From NCBI RefSeq assembly GCF_000284455.1, contig NC_017039.1:960001-992000 (forward strand): DNA of 32,000 nt, given 5' to 3'. The stretch is from Synechocystis sp. PCC 6803 substr. PCC-P (lineage in GTDB: Bacteria; Cyanobacteriota; Cyanobacteriia; Cyanobacteriales; Microcystaceae). The notes under the pieces are model-generated. The model had not been told where the DNA came from and did no database searches. It saw only the letters and a program-made list of their open reading frames with translations. The translations under genes were made by a program, and so were the position numbers. Below are positions 9,413-18,186 of the stretch, one piece after another (the first letter of the stretch is position 1; each line of letters opens with the position of its first letter).

Positions 9413-9443
9413 AGTATAGCCTGACCTTCTTTTGTATTATCAA
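9413..9443 (-). promoter_or_regulatory. Putative sigma-70-type promoter of vapBC
   Basis: On the minus strand, TTGATA (9443-9438) is followed after 19 nt by TATACT (9418-9413), about 25 nt upstream of the vapB ATG. The call rests on motif matching only. Confidence 0.25.
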
Positions 9444-9567
9444 GACTTGAACGCTGAGTTGAAATCAAGCTCAATAGATACTGCTTTCTCAATTTCTTCC
9501 CAGTAAATATCTTCCAGGATGCCCTGTTTGTTCTTAATTCTCTGAGCATCAACAGCCCTTAGTTGGC

Positions 9568-9726
9568 TTAAGTTAATGTGGCGATCGCCATCTCGATGAT
9601 TGCTTCAACGGGATAATCAATTTCCGTGGCACGAGCAGTTAGGGCATCTTGAATCCGATCTGGTAAACACCTTAAAATAATTTCTGCATCAGCGGACGAA
9701 ATTTGCTCCGAAAATTTCACTTGCAC
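9568..9726 (-). CDS. Possible 52-aa small protein with a GTG start, function unknown
   Basis: I translated this by hand; it is absent from the ORF track because it is shorter than 60 aa and has a non-ATG start. The product is VQVKFSEQISSADAEIILRCLPDRIQDALTARATEIDYPVEAIIEMAIATLT*, predicted helical. It begins 4 nt after the stop of the upstream 75-aa ORF. Confidence 0.3.
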   Translation of the reverse strand: MQVKFSEQISSADAEIILRCLPDRIQDALTARATEIDYPVEAIIEMAIATLT

Positions 9727-9729
9727 GGC

Positions 9730-9957
9730 CTAGGACTCCATAGGAATTTGGACATTGCACGGCGGCTCAGTTGTCCTTAAAATAATCGCCTCCAGTTCCA
9801 ATAATAACCTAGGGTTTTTTGAGTAAGGTATAAGGAATAACGTTTGAAGACTATCGGTTGAACCCAAGTTAGGTAAATATAATCTTTGCCGGATAGCTTC
9901 ATTACTCTGCAAGCAGGTTTTTATTATTCCTAATTGCTCTTGTATCGGTCTAGGCAT
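9730..9957 (-). CDS. Hypothetical 75-aa ORF; possibly a gene remnant or non-coding
   Basis: The call rests on the ORF alone. I see no recognisable motif and no convincing ribosome-binding site. Confidence 0.2.
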   Translation of the reverse strand: MPRPIQEQLGIIKTCLQSNEAIRQRLYLPNLGSTDSLQTLFLIPYSKNPRLLLELEAIILRTTEPPCNVQIPMES

Positions 9958-10016
9958 TGAACACCTGAAAGCATGCCATTGATGGAGCTACTCCGATCTT
10001 TTAAATATTTTTGTAT

Positions 10017-11123
10017 CTAGCTAGGGGCGGCCGTGGCCATAATAGTAGCTAGGGCCTGGGTTAATTTTTGGTTATCTGCCATTGTCCGCACTGCCACTCG
10101 GAAAAAATCCTCACCTAATTCGGGAAAACTAAGACAATCTCGGATCAAAATTTGGCATTTAGTTAATAGTTCTTCTTGAAGTTCTGGAGCAGGTATGGTC
10201 GTTTTTACGAGCAAAAAATTGGTCTGACTCGGCAAGGGAAATAGCCCTGGTAAACTCGCTAAATCTTGCTGCAATGCGCTACGGGCAGGGGGTAACCATT
10301 GCCAAACCAGTTGACGAAATTCCTCGGCTTCCAAACTGGCGATCGCCGCCGCTTCGGCCAACACATTCACAGGCCAGGGGTCCCGCCAAGCTTGCCATTG
10401 AGCTAAAAGATCTGGGTGGGCTAGGGCATAACCTAAGCGTAATCCGGGCAAACGATAAAACTTGGTCAGAGAGCGGAGAATAATTAAATTGGGATGTTTC
10501 TCCAAATCCCCCACCAGACTTTGCTCTTCTCCCGGGGGCAGAAAATCCATAAAAGCTTCGTCCAACAACACCCATTGATAGTGGGGCAGGAGGGCAAGAA
10601 TTTCCTCCCGAGCTAGTAGAGTGCCGGAGGGATTATGGGGATTATTGAGAATTAAACCGTGGTGTGAGGACTGGACGGCTGAAGTATTGGCAATTTCCGA
10701 TGGCGATCGCAATTTTCGCCAAGGCCATGGTTGATCAACCTGCCAGGGAATAGTTTTAAGCTCGGCTCCGGCTCCCCGCCAACTGCGGCCATAGTCCCCA
10801 AAGGCCGGGCCCACCACATAGGTACAATCCAAACTAGCAAAAGTGCGCCCCGCTAGGGTTAACAATTCCGCGGAACCGTTGCCCGGCAACACCCAATCCA
10901 TCGACAACTGATGATGATCGGCGATCGCCTGACGAAGATGAATATATTGGGGGTCGGGATAGTGGCGCAGGGCCGGCAAAGCTGACTCAATGGCGGCCAG
11001 GACAGAGGCGGGGGGGCCCAAAGGATTAATACTGGCGGAAAAATCTAGTAAAGAAAAAGCTGGACAGCCTGCCATCTGCGCTGCCCAACCCAAATTACCA
11101 CCGTGGTGGGGTCGCTCAAACAA
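10017..11123 (-). CDS. cobD: PLP-dependent aminotransferase-fold enzyme, most like L-threonine-O-3-phosphate decarboxylase CobD; historically annotated as hisC-like
   Basis: The N-terminal HGGN and LDFSASINPLGPP motifs are typical of CobD. SLTKFYRLPGLRLGY contains the PLP lysine. Only a TTG start (11123) is available ahead of these motifs. Confidence 0.75.
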   Translation of the reverse strand: MFERPHHGGNLGWAAQMAGCPAFSLLDFSASINPLGPPASVLAAIESALPALRHYPDPQYIHLRQAIADHHQLSMDWVLPGNGSAELLTLAGRTFASLDCTYVVGPAFGDYGRSWRGAGAELKTIPWQVDQPWPWRKLRSPSEIANTSAVQSSHHGLILNNPHNPSGTLLAREEILALLPHYQWVLLDEAFMDFLPPGEEQSLVGDLEKHPNLIILRSLTKFYRLPGLRLGYALAHPDLLAQWQAWRDPWPVNVLAEAAAIASLEAEEFRQLVWQWLPPARSALQQDLASLPGLFPLPSQTNFLLVKTTIPAPELQEELLTKCQILIRDCLSFPELGEDFFRVAVRTMADNQKLTQALATIMATAAPS

Positions 11124-11136
11124 AGGTCAGTGGCAA

Positions 11137-11439
11137 TTATTTTTTCTCAGGAGCAACTTTATCTTTGAACATTTTGCCTGCGGAGAAAGCCGGCACCTTA
11201 GTGGCTGGAATGAGCATTTTATCCCCAGTTTTGGGGTTACGGCCCTCCCGTTCCTTACGTTCCCTGGCTTCAAAGGAACCAAAGCCCACTAGGGTTACTT
11301 TTTCCCCTTCGGCCACCACTTCCATGATGCAATCAATGGCGGCTGAAATTACCGCATCTACCTCCTTTTTAGTGATGCTTTCCCCCAGTTGCTCTTTCGC
11401 TTTGTCCGTGACCGCATGGACTAATTCGCCTTTATTCAT
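11137..11439 (-). CDS. hupB: DNA-binding protein HU
   Basis: 100 aa from ATG 11439, preceded by AAGGAG. The product begins MNKGELVHAVTDKA. The stretch GFGSFEARERKEREGRNPKTGDKMLIPATKVPAFSAGK is the HU/IHF beta-arm signature. The 135-aa track ORF is over-extended. Confidence 0.93.
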   Translation of the reverse strand: MNKGELVHAVTDKAKEQLGESITKKEVDAVISAAIDCIMEVVAEGEKVTLVGFGSFEARERKEREGRNPKTGDKMLIPATKVPAFSAGKMFKDKVAPEKK

Positions 11440-11714
11440 CTGAAAAAATCTCCTTGAGAGTGAGTTTGTTGGAATAGACTCATTTTTTAGGCATTTTCTC
11501 CCCATAACAGGGTCATCGGGAGGCTCCACAGCCCGGATAGACACAGAAATTTGGCATTAAAAACCCCTGAAATCCCCGCAGACTGGCTGTTTCACTGCCT
11601 TATTCTATGCACAAAGTGTGGAAGTAGGATCACTTTTCCCCACGAATTTTTGCAGTTTTGCGGGATTTTGTCACAATCCTTTACGAAAACTTGGATTTTA
11701 CCCGGACTTAAAAG

Positions 11715-12569
11715 TTAACCTAACTCAAAGGATGTAACTCCGTAAATTTTATCTAGGGCGATGGAGGGGGCTTGCCCAGTGTACATTCGAGCAGTTTCAA
11801 AAACTACCTGCAGGCTATATTTCGTTGCTAGAGTGATCGCCGCTTGGTTGGGTTCTGGCACATCTAGGTAAATGGTATTTTCCGCTGTAGGAATTGCTTT
11901 TAGAGCTAAAAAGATAATTTCCGCTACCTCTGGAGTATCAGCAAACAGAGGGCCAATTTTGTAACCTACTCGGCAGGGGCGTAGAACGCCATAACCCCGT
12001 AAAATCCCATCTTCTTGGTAGGCGATCGCCTGGTGCCCCGATTGATGACACCATGTTCGTAAAAATTCTTCCCTGGGGGCAGGAAAGCATTGATCGTCAT
12101 AGGCCAATACATCTTCCCAGGCCATGGCATCTTCTAGAGGGACCAGATGGGGGGATGGGGACGATAGGCCGCCGGTAACACCCTGGTAACGAATATTGCG
12201 GTAAGCCAGATGAAAACCGGATTTTTGATAATTTGCCTGTTGGGCCAAAACTCCGTCCAAACCGATATTGCAGCCTTGTAAATAGTCCAAAGCCCTTTGC
12301 CAAATTTGCCAGCCGTAACCCTGACCTCGATACTCCGGTTTGACAATGTAAAAGCCGATAAAACCAAATTCTTGGTTGTATTTCACCGCCGAAATGGTGG
12401 CAATTGGTTCCCCGTCCAATAAACCCACGAAAAATCCCTGGCGATCGCCTTGGTAAAAACAGTCAGCATCTTGGTGACCGGGATTCCAACCCTCCGCAGC
12501 CGCCCAATCCACCGCCAAAGCAATCTCCGCTGCAGTCATCGTTCTGATCAAGTATTTCTGCTCAGTCAT
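11715..12569 (-). CDS. GNAT-family N-acetyltransferase with a two-lobed architecture
   Basis: The acetyl-CoA binding motif YRGQGYGWQIWQRAL is present. The C-terminal half resembles the second lobe of YitI-type GNATs. The start is ATG 12569, or GTG 12572. Confidence 0.75.
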   Translation of the reverse strand: MTEQKYLIRTMTAAEIALAVDWAAAEGWNPGHQDADCFYQGDRQGFFVGLLDGEPIATISAVKYNQEFGFIGFYIVKPEYRGQGYGWQIWQRALDYLQGCNIGLDGVLAQQANYQKSGFHLAYRNIRYQGVTGGLSSPSPHLVPLEDAMAWEDVLAYDDQCFPAPREEFLRTWCHQSGHQAIAYQEDGILRGYGVLRPCRVGYKIGPLFADTPEVAEIIFLALKAIPTAENTIYLDVPEPNQAAITLATKYSLQVVFETARMYTGQAPSIALDKIYGVTSFELG

Positions 12570-12739
12570 CACCTTTAGTCACTATTAACTTCAACGTTTG
12601 CTGACTTGGTAAAGGGAATTGTAACCAATGCCGAAACCGCCCCAATGCTAGCATTAACCTGGATTGCCATAGATTTTAGTCAATTAAAAACCTCGAATCT
12701 TAACAATCATTAACTTACTCACCCTGGGAGAAACTGCGG

Positions 12740-14209
12740 ATGGTATCGATCGCCGAACGGACAAAATTAAACCTGCCCCCCATTGCTGGTAAAGAAGCGG
12801 AAATATTAGCCGTTGTTAATGAAAATAAACCGGTGTTTTTACACCAAACCAATTTGCAGTTGGAGAATTTGCAATCGGCCTGTGCCTGCGCCCTGCATAT
12901 GCACCAACCCACCATTCCCGCCGGGCAAGATGGGGCGTTGATTTCCAATCTGCAGTACATGTTTGAGCATCCTGGGGAGGGGGATAACCACAACGCCGAT
13001 CCCTTTGCTTGGTGTTACCGTCGGTTGGGGGAAATTATTCCCCGTTTAGTGGCGGAAGGTTGCAATCCCCGCATCATGTTGGACTATTCTGGCAATTTGC
13101 TCTGGGCGTTCCAGCAAATGAGCCGCAACGACATTCTTGATGACCTGAAACGGTTAGCCTGTGATGCCCAATATCAGCCCTATGTGGAATGGTTGGGAAC
13201 CATGTGGAGCCATGCGGTGGCCCCTTCCACCCCCATCCCCGATTTGAAGCTACATATGTTAGCGTGGCAACAACACTTTGCTGATATTTTTGGTCTGGAA
13301 GCATTACAACGGGTGAAAGGTTTCTCGCCCCCGGAAATGCATTTACCCAACCATCCTGATACTTTGTTTGAGTATGTTAAAGCCCTAAAAGAATGCGGTT
13401 ACCGTTGGTTGATGGTGCAGGAACATTCCGTGGAAAACCTCGATGGTAGTGGCCTTTCCGGTGATCAAAAATATGTTCCCAACCGCTTAGTGGCCCGCAA
13501 CTCCCGGGGAGAAACGGTGAGCATTGTCGCTCTCATTAAAACCCAAGGTTCCGACACCAAGTTAGTGGCCCAAATGCAGCCCTATTACGAGGCCTTAGGG
13601 CGGGGTAAACAACCTGTGGGCAATCACCACATTCCTGCCTGTGTCACCCAAATTGCCGATGGGGAAAATGGCGGCGTCATGATGAACGAATTTCCCCCTG
13701 CCTACGAGCAAGCGACTCGCAAAATGGCGGAAAATGGCGGTAAATCCGGCACAGTGGCCATTAATGGCACGGAATATTTAGAACTACTGGAAGCGGCCGG
13801 CGTGCAAGAGTCCGATTTCCCCGCGATCCAAGCCATTCAACAACACAAAATTTGGCAACGGGTTAATCCCGATTCCCCCAGCCATGAACAGGTGGAAAAG
13901 GCGATCGCCGAATTGAAAGCCACGGACCACCAATTTGGGATGGATGGAGCTTCTTGGACTAATGATCTCAGTTGGGTACAGGGCTATGAAAATGTGCTCG
14001 AACCAATGAACCAACTCAGCGCCAAATTCCACCAAAAATTCGATCGCTTAGTGGCGGAAGATCCCAGCGTTACCCAACGGGAGGATTATCAAAACGCTCT
14101 GCTATATCTGTTATTAGTGGAAACTAGTTGCTTCCGTTATTGGGGCCAAGGCACCTGGACTGATTATGCCCGGGAATTGTACCGTCGGGGGGAAGAAGCT
14201 TTAGCTTAA
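12740..14209 (+). CDS. Glycoside hydrolase family 57-like protein
   Basis: 489 aa. It has the N-terminal ALHMHQP motif and an ADGENGGV region as seen in GH57 alpha-glucan enzymes. Substrate specificity cannot be inferred. Confidence 0.7.
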   Translation: MVSIAERTKLNLPPIAGKEAEILAVVNENKPVFLHQTNLQLENLQSACACALHMHQPTIPAGQDGALISNLQYMFEHPGEGDNHNADPFAWCYRRLGEIIPRLVAEGCNPRIMLDYSGNLLWAFQQMSRNDILDDLKRLACDAQYQPYVEWLGTMWSHAVAPSTPIPDLKLHMLAWQQHFADIFGLEALQRVKGFSPPEMHLPNHPDTLFEYVKALKECGYRWLMVQEHSVENLDGSGLSGDQKYVPNRLVARNSRGETVSIVALIKTQGSDTKLVAQMQPYYEALGRGKQPVGNHHIPACVTQIADGENGGVMMNEFPPAYEQATRKMAENGGKSGTVAINGTEYLELLEAAGVQESDFPAIQAIQQHKIWQRVNPDSPSHEQVEKAIAELKATDHQFGMDGASWTNDLSWVQGYENVLEPMNQLSAKFHQKFDRLVAEDPSVTQREDYQNALLYLLLVETSCFRYWGQGTWTDYARELYRRGEEALA

Positions 14210-14307
14210 TTTTTCCGGTTTACTGGGGACAATAAGCTTGGACATAGTTAGGTAAAATTTGACCAACTTTGCAGTCTCCCGGTAAATCATCAATCCCATT
14301 GCCTGCC

Positions 14308-15744
14308 ATGGCTGATCGCCAATCGTTGGAAGAAGCTCTCCGCCGAATTTGGGGCTATGACCACTTTCGCTATCCCCAGGGAGAAGTAATTGATTGCCTA
14401 TTGGCCAGGCGGGATTGTCTGGTGGTACTACCCACTGGAGGAGGGAAATCTATTTGCTTTCAATTGCCGGCATTATTGGGGGAGGGATTAACCCTGGTGG
14501 TTTCACCGTTGGTGGCCCTCATGGAAGACCAGGTACAAAGTTTACGTAGGCAAAATCTGCCCGCCGCCTGTCTCCATAGCCAATTGAGTCGCCCCGAAAG
14601 AAAACAGGTGTTGTACCAATTGGGGCAACAGCAACTAAAGCTCCTTTACCTTTCGCCGGAAACCCTGCTGAGTGAGCCAGTCTGGAATTTGCTCCGGCAA
14701 CCCCAGGTCAAATTGCAAGGAATCATGCTCGATGAAGCCCATTGTTTGGTGCAGTGGGGAGATAGTTTTCGTCCTGCCTACCGCCGTTTGGGAGCCCTGC
14801 GTCGGGGATTAGGCAGAGACAAGGGCCAGATTCCCCTGGCCGCCTTCACCGCCACAGCCGATCGCCAGCAACAGAATTTGATCGTAGAAGGATTGAATTT
14901 GCGATCGCCGGAGTGTTTTCAGGTCAGCCCCCATCGCCCCCAACTACATCTGAAAGTCAAAATGGTGCTGAGTGAATATTGCCGCCGGCAACAATTACGG
15001 CGTTTTTTGCTCAAGCATCTCCAGGAAAGCGGTTTGATTTACGTCCGTACCCGCACCATGGCCATCAACTTAGCCCAATGGTTGCAGGAACGGGGCTTTG
15101 ACAGCGAAGCTTACCATGGCGGTTTGGGCCCCCACCAACGACGACAGTTGGAACAAAAATGGTTAACGGGGCAAATTTCTTCGGTGGTTTGCACCAATGC
15201 CTTTGGCCTGGGCATAGACAAGCCCGATACCCGTTGGGTGTTACATTACCAAGCCCCCCTGATGTTGATGGATTATCTCCAGGAAGTGGGACGGGCCGGA
15301 CGAGATTTGCAACCGGCAGAATGTCTCACCTTAGTTAGTGAACCCACCGGTTGGTTGGACTCTGGCGATCGCCAATTGCGTCAGTATTTTTTGAGTCAAG
15401 CCAGCAAATATCTACAACGAGCCGAGGTCTTGAGTCAACAAATTCCATCCCAGGGCAACCTAGGGCAACTAAAAGCCCATTTTCCCGATTTGGAAATGGC
15501 TCTGGCGTGGCTCCACCGTCGGGGTAATTTAGAGTGGTTAGATCCATTTAACTACCGCATTAACCCCGGCCATTACCAGGCCAATCCCCTGGAGGAATTG
15601 AAAAGCCAGTATCGCCTGATGACCCAATACCTGACCACTTCCCGTTGTCGTTGGCAAACGATTTTGGTTGCCTTTGGTGACAATTCTCCGGCGGCGAGGC
15701 GACCCTGTGGCACCTGTGATAATTGTTTAGTTGGACGCTGCTAA
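14308..15744 (+). CDS. recQ: ATP-dependent DNA helicase RecQ, short form without an HRDC domain
   Basis: Motifs are PTGGGKS (Walker A), the DEAH box in MLDEAHCLVQWG, FTATA, AFGLGIDKPDTRWVLHY and QEVGRAGRD. A C-terminal Cys cluster reads CRWQ...CGTCDNC. I prefer ATG 14308 (MADRQSLEEALRRIWGYDHFR) over TTG 14269. Confidence 0.9.
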   Translation: MADRQSLEEALRRIWGYDHFRYPQGEVIDCLLARRDCLVVLPTGGGKSICFQLPALLGEGLTLVVSPLVALMEDQVQSLRRQNLPAACLHSQLSRPERKQVLYQLGQQQLKLLYLSPETLLSEPVWNLLRQPQVKLQGIMLDEAHCLVQWGDSFRPAYRRLGALRRGLGRDKGQIPLAAFTATADRQQQNLIVEGLNLRSPECFQVSPHRPQLHLKVKMVLSEYCRRQQLRRFLLKHLQESGLIYVRTRTMAINLAQWLQERGFDSEAYHGGLGPHQRRQLEQKWLTGQISSVVCTNAFGLGIDKPDTRWVLHYQAPLMLMDYLQEVGRAGRDLQPAECLTLVSEPTGWLDSGDRQLRQYFLSQASKYLQRAEVLSQQIPSQGNLGQLKAHFPDLEMALAWLHRRGNLEWLDPFNYRINPGHYQANPLEELKSQYRLMTQYLTTSRCRWQTILVAFGDNSPAARRPCGTCDNCLVGRC

Positions 15745-15891
15745 TTTTCAGGAGCCTAGGGGATGGTTGGTAACTGGGATTAATGATTTAGATATAAAAT
15801 CTAATACTGATCCAGGTAATATGCAACGAACGTGGTCCTATTTTACGGACCATCGACATTTATATATTCTCTGTAAACAGCCTTAAATTTA

Positions 15892-16000
15892 GAGAGTGTT
15901 TGAAAAGCCCCCCTGGCTCCCCAAGTTTGGGGGAAGTTAAGTAAAAGTCACCCATTATTGGGGGATTTAGGGGGCAAAATAAAACTTTTCAAACAGATTC
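15892..16000. mobile_element. MITE-like non-autonomous element related to the IS at 7797-8680
   Basis: The 109-bp element is bounded by GAGAGTGTTTGAAAAGC (15892-15908) and ACTTTTCAAACAGATTC (15984-16000). These match the left and right IS ends at 15/17 and 14/17 positions. It is flanked by a direct TTA duplication (15889-15891 and 16001-16003). It has no coding capacity and contains an internal CCCCAAGTTTGGGG hairpin. Confidence 0.7.
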
Positions 16001-16033
16001 TTAGACATTTATTCATCTTTTTTTCCCTGCACC

Positions 16034-16903
16034 ATGGTTAATCAGCCCCTAGTAAGCATTATCATCCCCGCCTACCGGGCCGAAAACACCATTGCTTTTA
16101 CCGTTCGTAGTGTGTTGGCCCAGACCTATGACCATTGGCAGGTAGCGATCGGTGTGGATGACCAGGTGGATTACCTGCAACTATTGGCTGAACAGGGTAT
16201 TAATGACCCCAGGCTAAAGCAAGTTTTTACCGGGGGCATTGGTAGTGGGGAGGCGATCGCCAGGAATAAGGCGGTGAGTATTTGTGATGGGGACATTCTG
16301 GCCAACTTAGATGCGGACGATGCCTTTGCATCCGATCGTCTGGAAAAGTTAGTACCCCTAGCAGAAAAATATGGCGTGGCGATCGATAACACGGGGGTTT
16401 ATAACAGTGAATTGGTGTTGTATAAGCAACCCTTTCCCCAACGACAAGCACTGAACTTTGCCACAGCGGCGGATATTCTTAGTCCCCGCATTCCCTTTTT
16501 TCCAGTTTTTCAACGGCAATTGTTGGGAGATGGCTGGACGAAAGTGCCCTTTGCGGCGGATGTACTTTTCAATTTAGAGCTATTGAGTCGCACGGAAAAA
16601 GTAGCTATTCACCCCGAGCCCCTCTATCGTTACTATAAACGGGACAATTCCATTACCCAATCCGCCAATGCTTTTGAAACTGCGGAAAAAGCCTATCTAA
16701 CTATTTTGTCTCTGTTAGACGAAGGCGCTTTGACTTTAACCGATGCAATTCGTCAAGCGGCCCGGCAAGAGTTTAGTGAAAATCTAGCTTTAAATAAAGT
16801 TTTTCGTCGTTACATGGAAGAAGGTCGTTGCCAAAATCTAGAACAATTTTTAGATATGACAAATAATGGGCAGAAAATTGAGTTTGTTTCTAACCTTAAC
16901 TAA
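16034..16903 (+). CDS. Family 2 glycosyltransferase
   Basis: It has the typical GT-A N-terminus (VSIIIPAYRAENTI) and a DADD metal-binding motif. Confidence 0.85.
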   Translation: MVNQPLVSIIIPAYRAENTIAFTVRSVLAQTYDHWQVAIGVDDQVDYLQLLAEQGINDPRLKQVFTGGIGSGEAIARNKAVSICDGDILANLDADDAFASDRLEKLVPLAEKYGVAIDNTGVYNSELVLYKQPFPQRQALNFATAADILSPRIPFFPVFQRQLLGDGWTKVPFAADVLFNLELLSRTEKVAIHPEPLYRYYKRDNSITQSANAFETAEKAYLTILSLLDEGALTLTDAIRQAARQEFSENLALNKVFRRYMEEGRCQNLEQFLDMTNNGQKIEFVSNLN

Positions 16904-16960
16904 GTTAATTGCTCTATGATCATCGCCCTATTTTTTGTAATTAATCAGTAGCGAGAAAAT

Positions 16961-18097
16961 TTGTCTCAGTCTATCTCTGCCCAATCTGGTTATACCCTGC
17001 CCGTGTTTGCCTGTGCGTCGGCGATCGCCGCTGTGGAAACCTTGCTCACTAGTAACTGTCCAGATTCGGTCACGCTGGAACTATTGGAACCGGCTAGAAC
17101 GGCGGAAATTGCCATTGAACAGGGGGCTTTGCTCGGTCATCACAGAGCCTTGGCCATCACCCGCAGCGAACCGGGCAATAACTTGGATTTAACTCGCCAT
17201 ACCCCCGTTTGGGCGGAAGTGGAATTTACCCCAGGGGAAGGAAAACTGATTATTCAAGGGGGAGAAGGCATTGGCAAACAGCTTGATAGGGAAGGCCAAG
17301 CCGCCATTTACAGCTATGCCCAACGATTATTAAGACACCATTTGCAGCCGTACATAAGTGGAGATCAAACTCTGATGGTTTCCTTAATTTTGCCCCTTGG
17401 TCGAACCTTAGCCACTCGCACATCCAATGCAGCTTTTGGGGTGGTGGAAGGTCTATCTTTGTTAGGCACCAGCGGCATTGCCCAACCCCTCAGTGCTCCG
17501 GAGCAACTGGCAGAGTTTCAACAGCATTTGACTAGTGCGGCTCAACAACATCAATGCTTAGTATTTTGCCTGGGAGAAAACGGTTTAGACTTAGCTCGAC
17601 AGTGGGGAGTACCCCTAGACCAAATGGTAAAAACGGCCAATTGGTTAGGCTCCCTTTTTGTGGCGGCGGCGGCCGTGGGGGTACAGGAAATCTTGCTCTT
17701 GGGTTACCACGGCAAATTGATCAAACTAGCCGGGGGCATTTTCCACACCCATCACCATTTAGCCGATGGCCGTTTGGAAATTCTCACTGCCCAAGCTGTA
17801 CAAGCAGGTTTACCCTATCCCCTGGTACAGGAACTTGGCCAAGCACCCACCACGGAAGCAGGGTTAAAGCTATTACGCCACTGGCAAACGGAGCAAAATT
17901 GTCCTTGGGTTAGCAAAATTTACCAAGCCATGGCGGACACCGTCGATCGCCGTTCGGAGGAATATGTTTATAAAGTCAGTCAACATCAATTAAAAGTGGG
18001 CAGTTTACTATTTGATGGCGATCGCCAACCGGTGGCAATTAGTACTCAAGGTCAGGCCATGGCTGATAAATTGGGGATGACCATACCAGAAACTTAG
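16961..18097 (+). CDS. cbiD: Cobalt-precorrin-5B (C1)-methyltransferase CbiD
   Basis: 378 aa. It has the N-terminal SGYTLPVFA motif, and its glycine-rich GTSGI and GGIFHTHH regions are consistent with CbiD. The ORF opens at TTG 16961, with no early in-frame ATG. Confidence 0.85.
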   Translation: MSQSISAQSGYTLPVFACASAIAAVETLLTSNCPDSVTLELLEPARTAEIAIEQGALLGHHRALAITRSEPGNNLDLTRHTPVWAEVEFTPGEGKLIIQGGEGIGKQLDREGQAAIYSYAQRLLRHHLQPYISGDQTLMVSLILPLGRTLATRTSNAAFGVVEGLSLLGTSGIAQPLSAPEQLAEFQQHLTSAAQQHQCLVFCLGENGLDLARQWGVPLDQMVKTANWLGSLFVAAAAVGVQEILLLGYHGKLIKLAGGIFHTHHHLADGRLEILTAQAVQAGLPYPLVQELGQAPTTEAGLKLLRHWQTEQNCPWVSKIYQAMADTVDRRSEEYVYKVSQHQLKVGSLLFDGDRQPVAISTQGQAMADKLGMTIPET

Positions 18098-18186
18098 CTT
18101 CCTGCTTAAAGAAAACCCCACAATTCCGGGGAGGCACAGCCTAGGGGATAATGGGAAAGTTGCCATTTGGAGGGAGACAGTAGACC

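Noticed and set aside
12644-12655. Perfect 12-bp palindrome AATGCTAGCATT in the GNAT/GH57 divergent intergenic region
   Set aside because: Several perfect 12-bp palindromes are expected by chance in 32 kb, and nothing else supports an operator here.
16904-16960. Cobalamin riboswitch upstream of cbiD
   Set aside because: The intergenic region is only 57 nt. That is too short for a B12 aptamer, and no B12-box-like sequence is visible.
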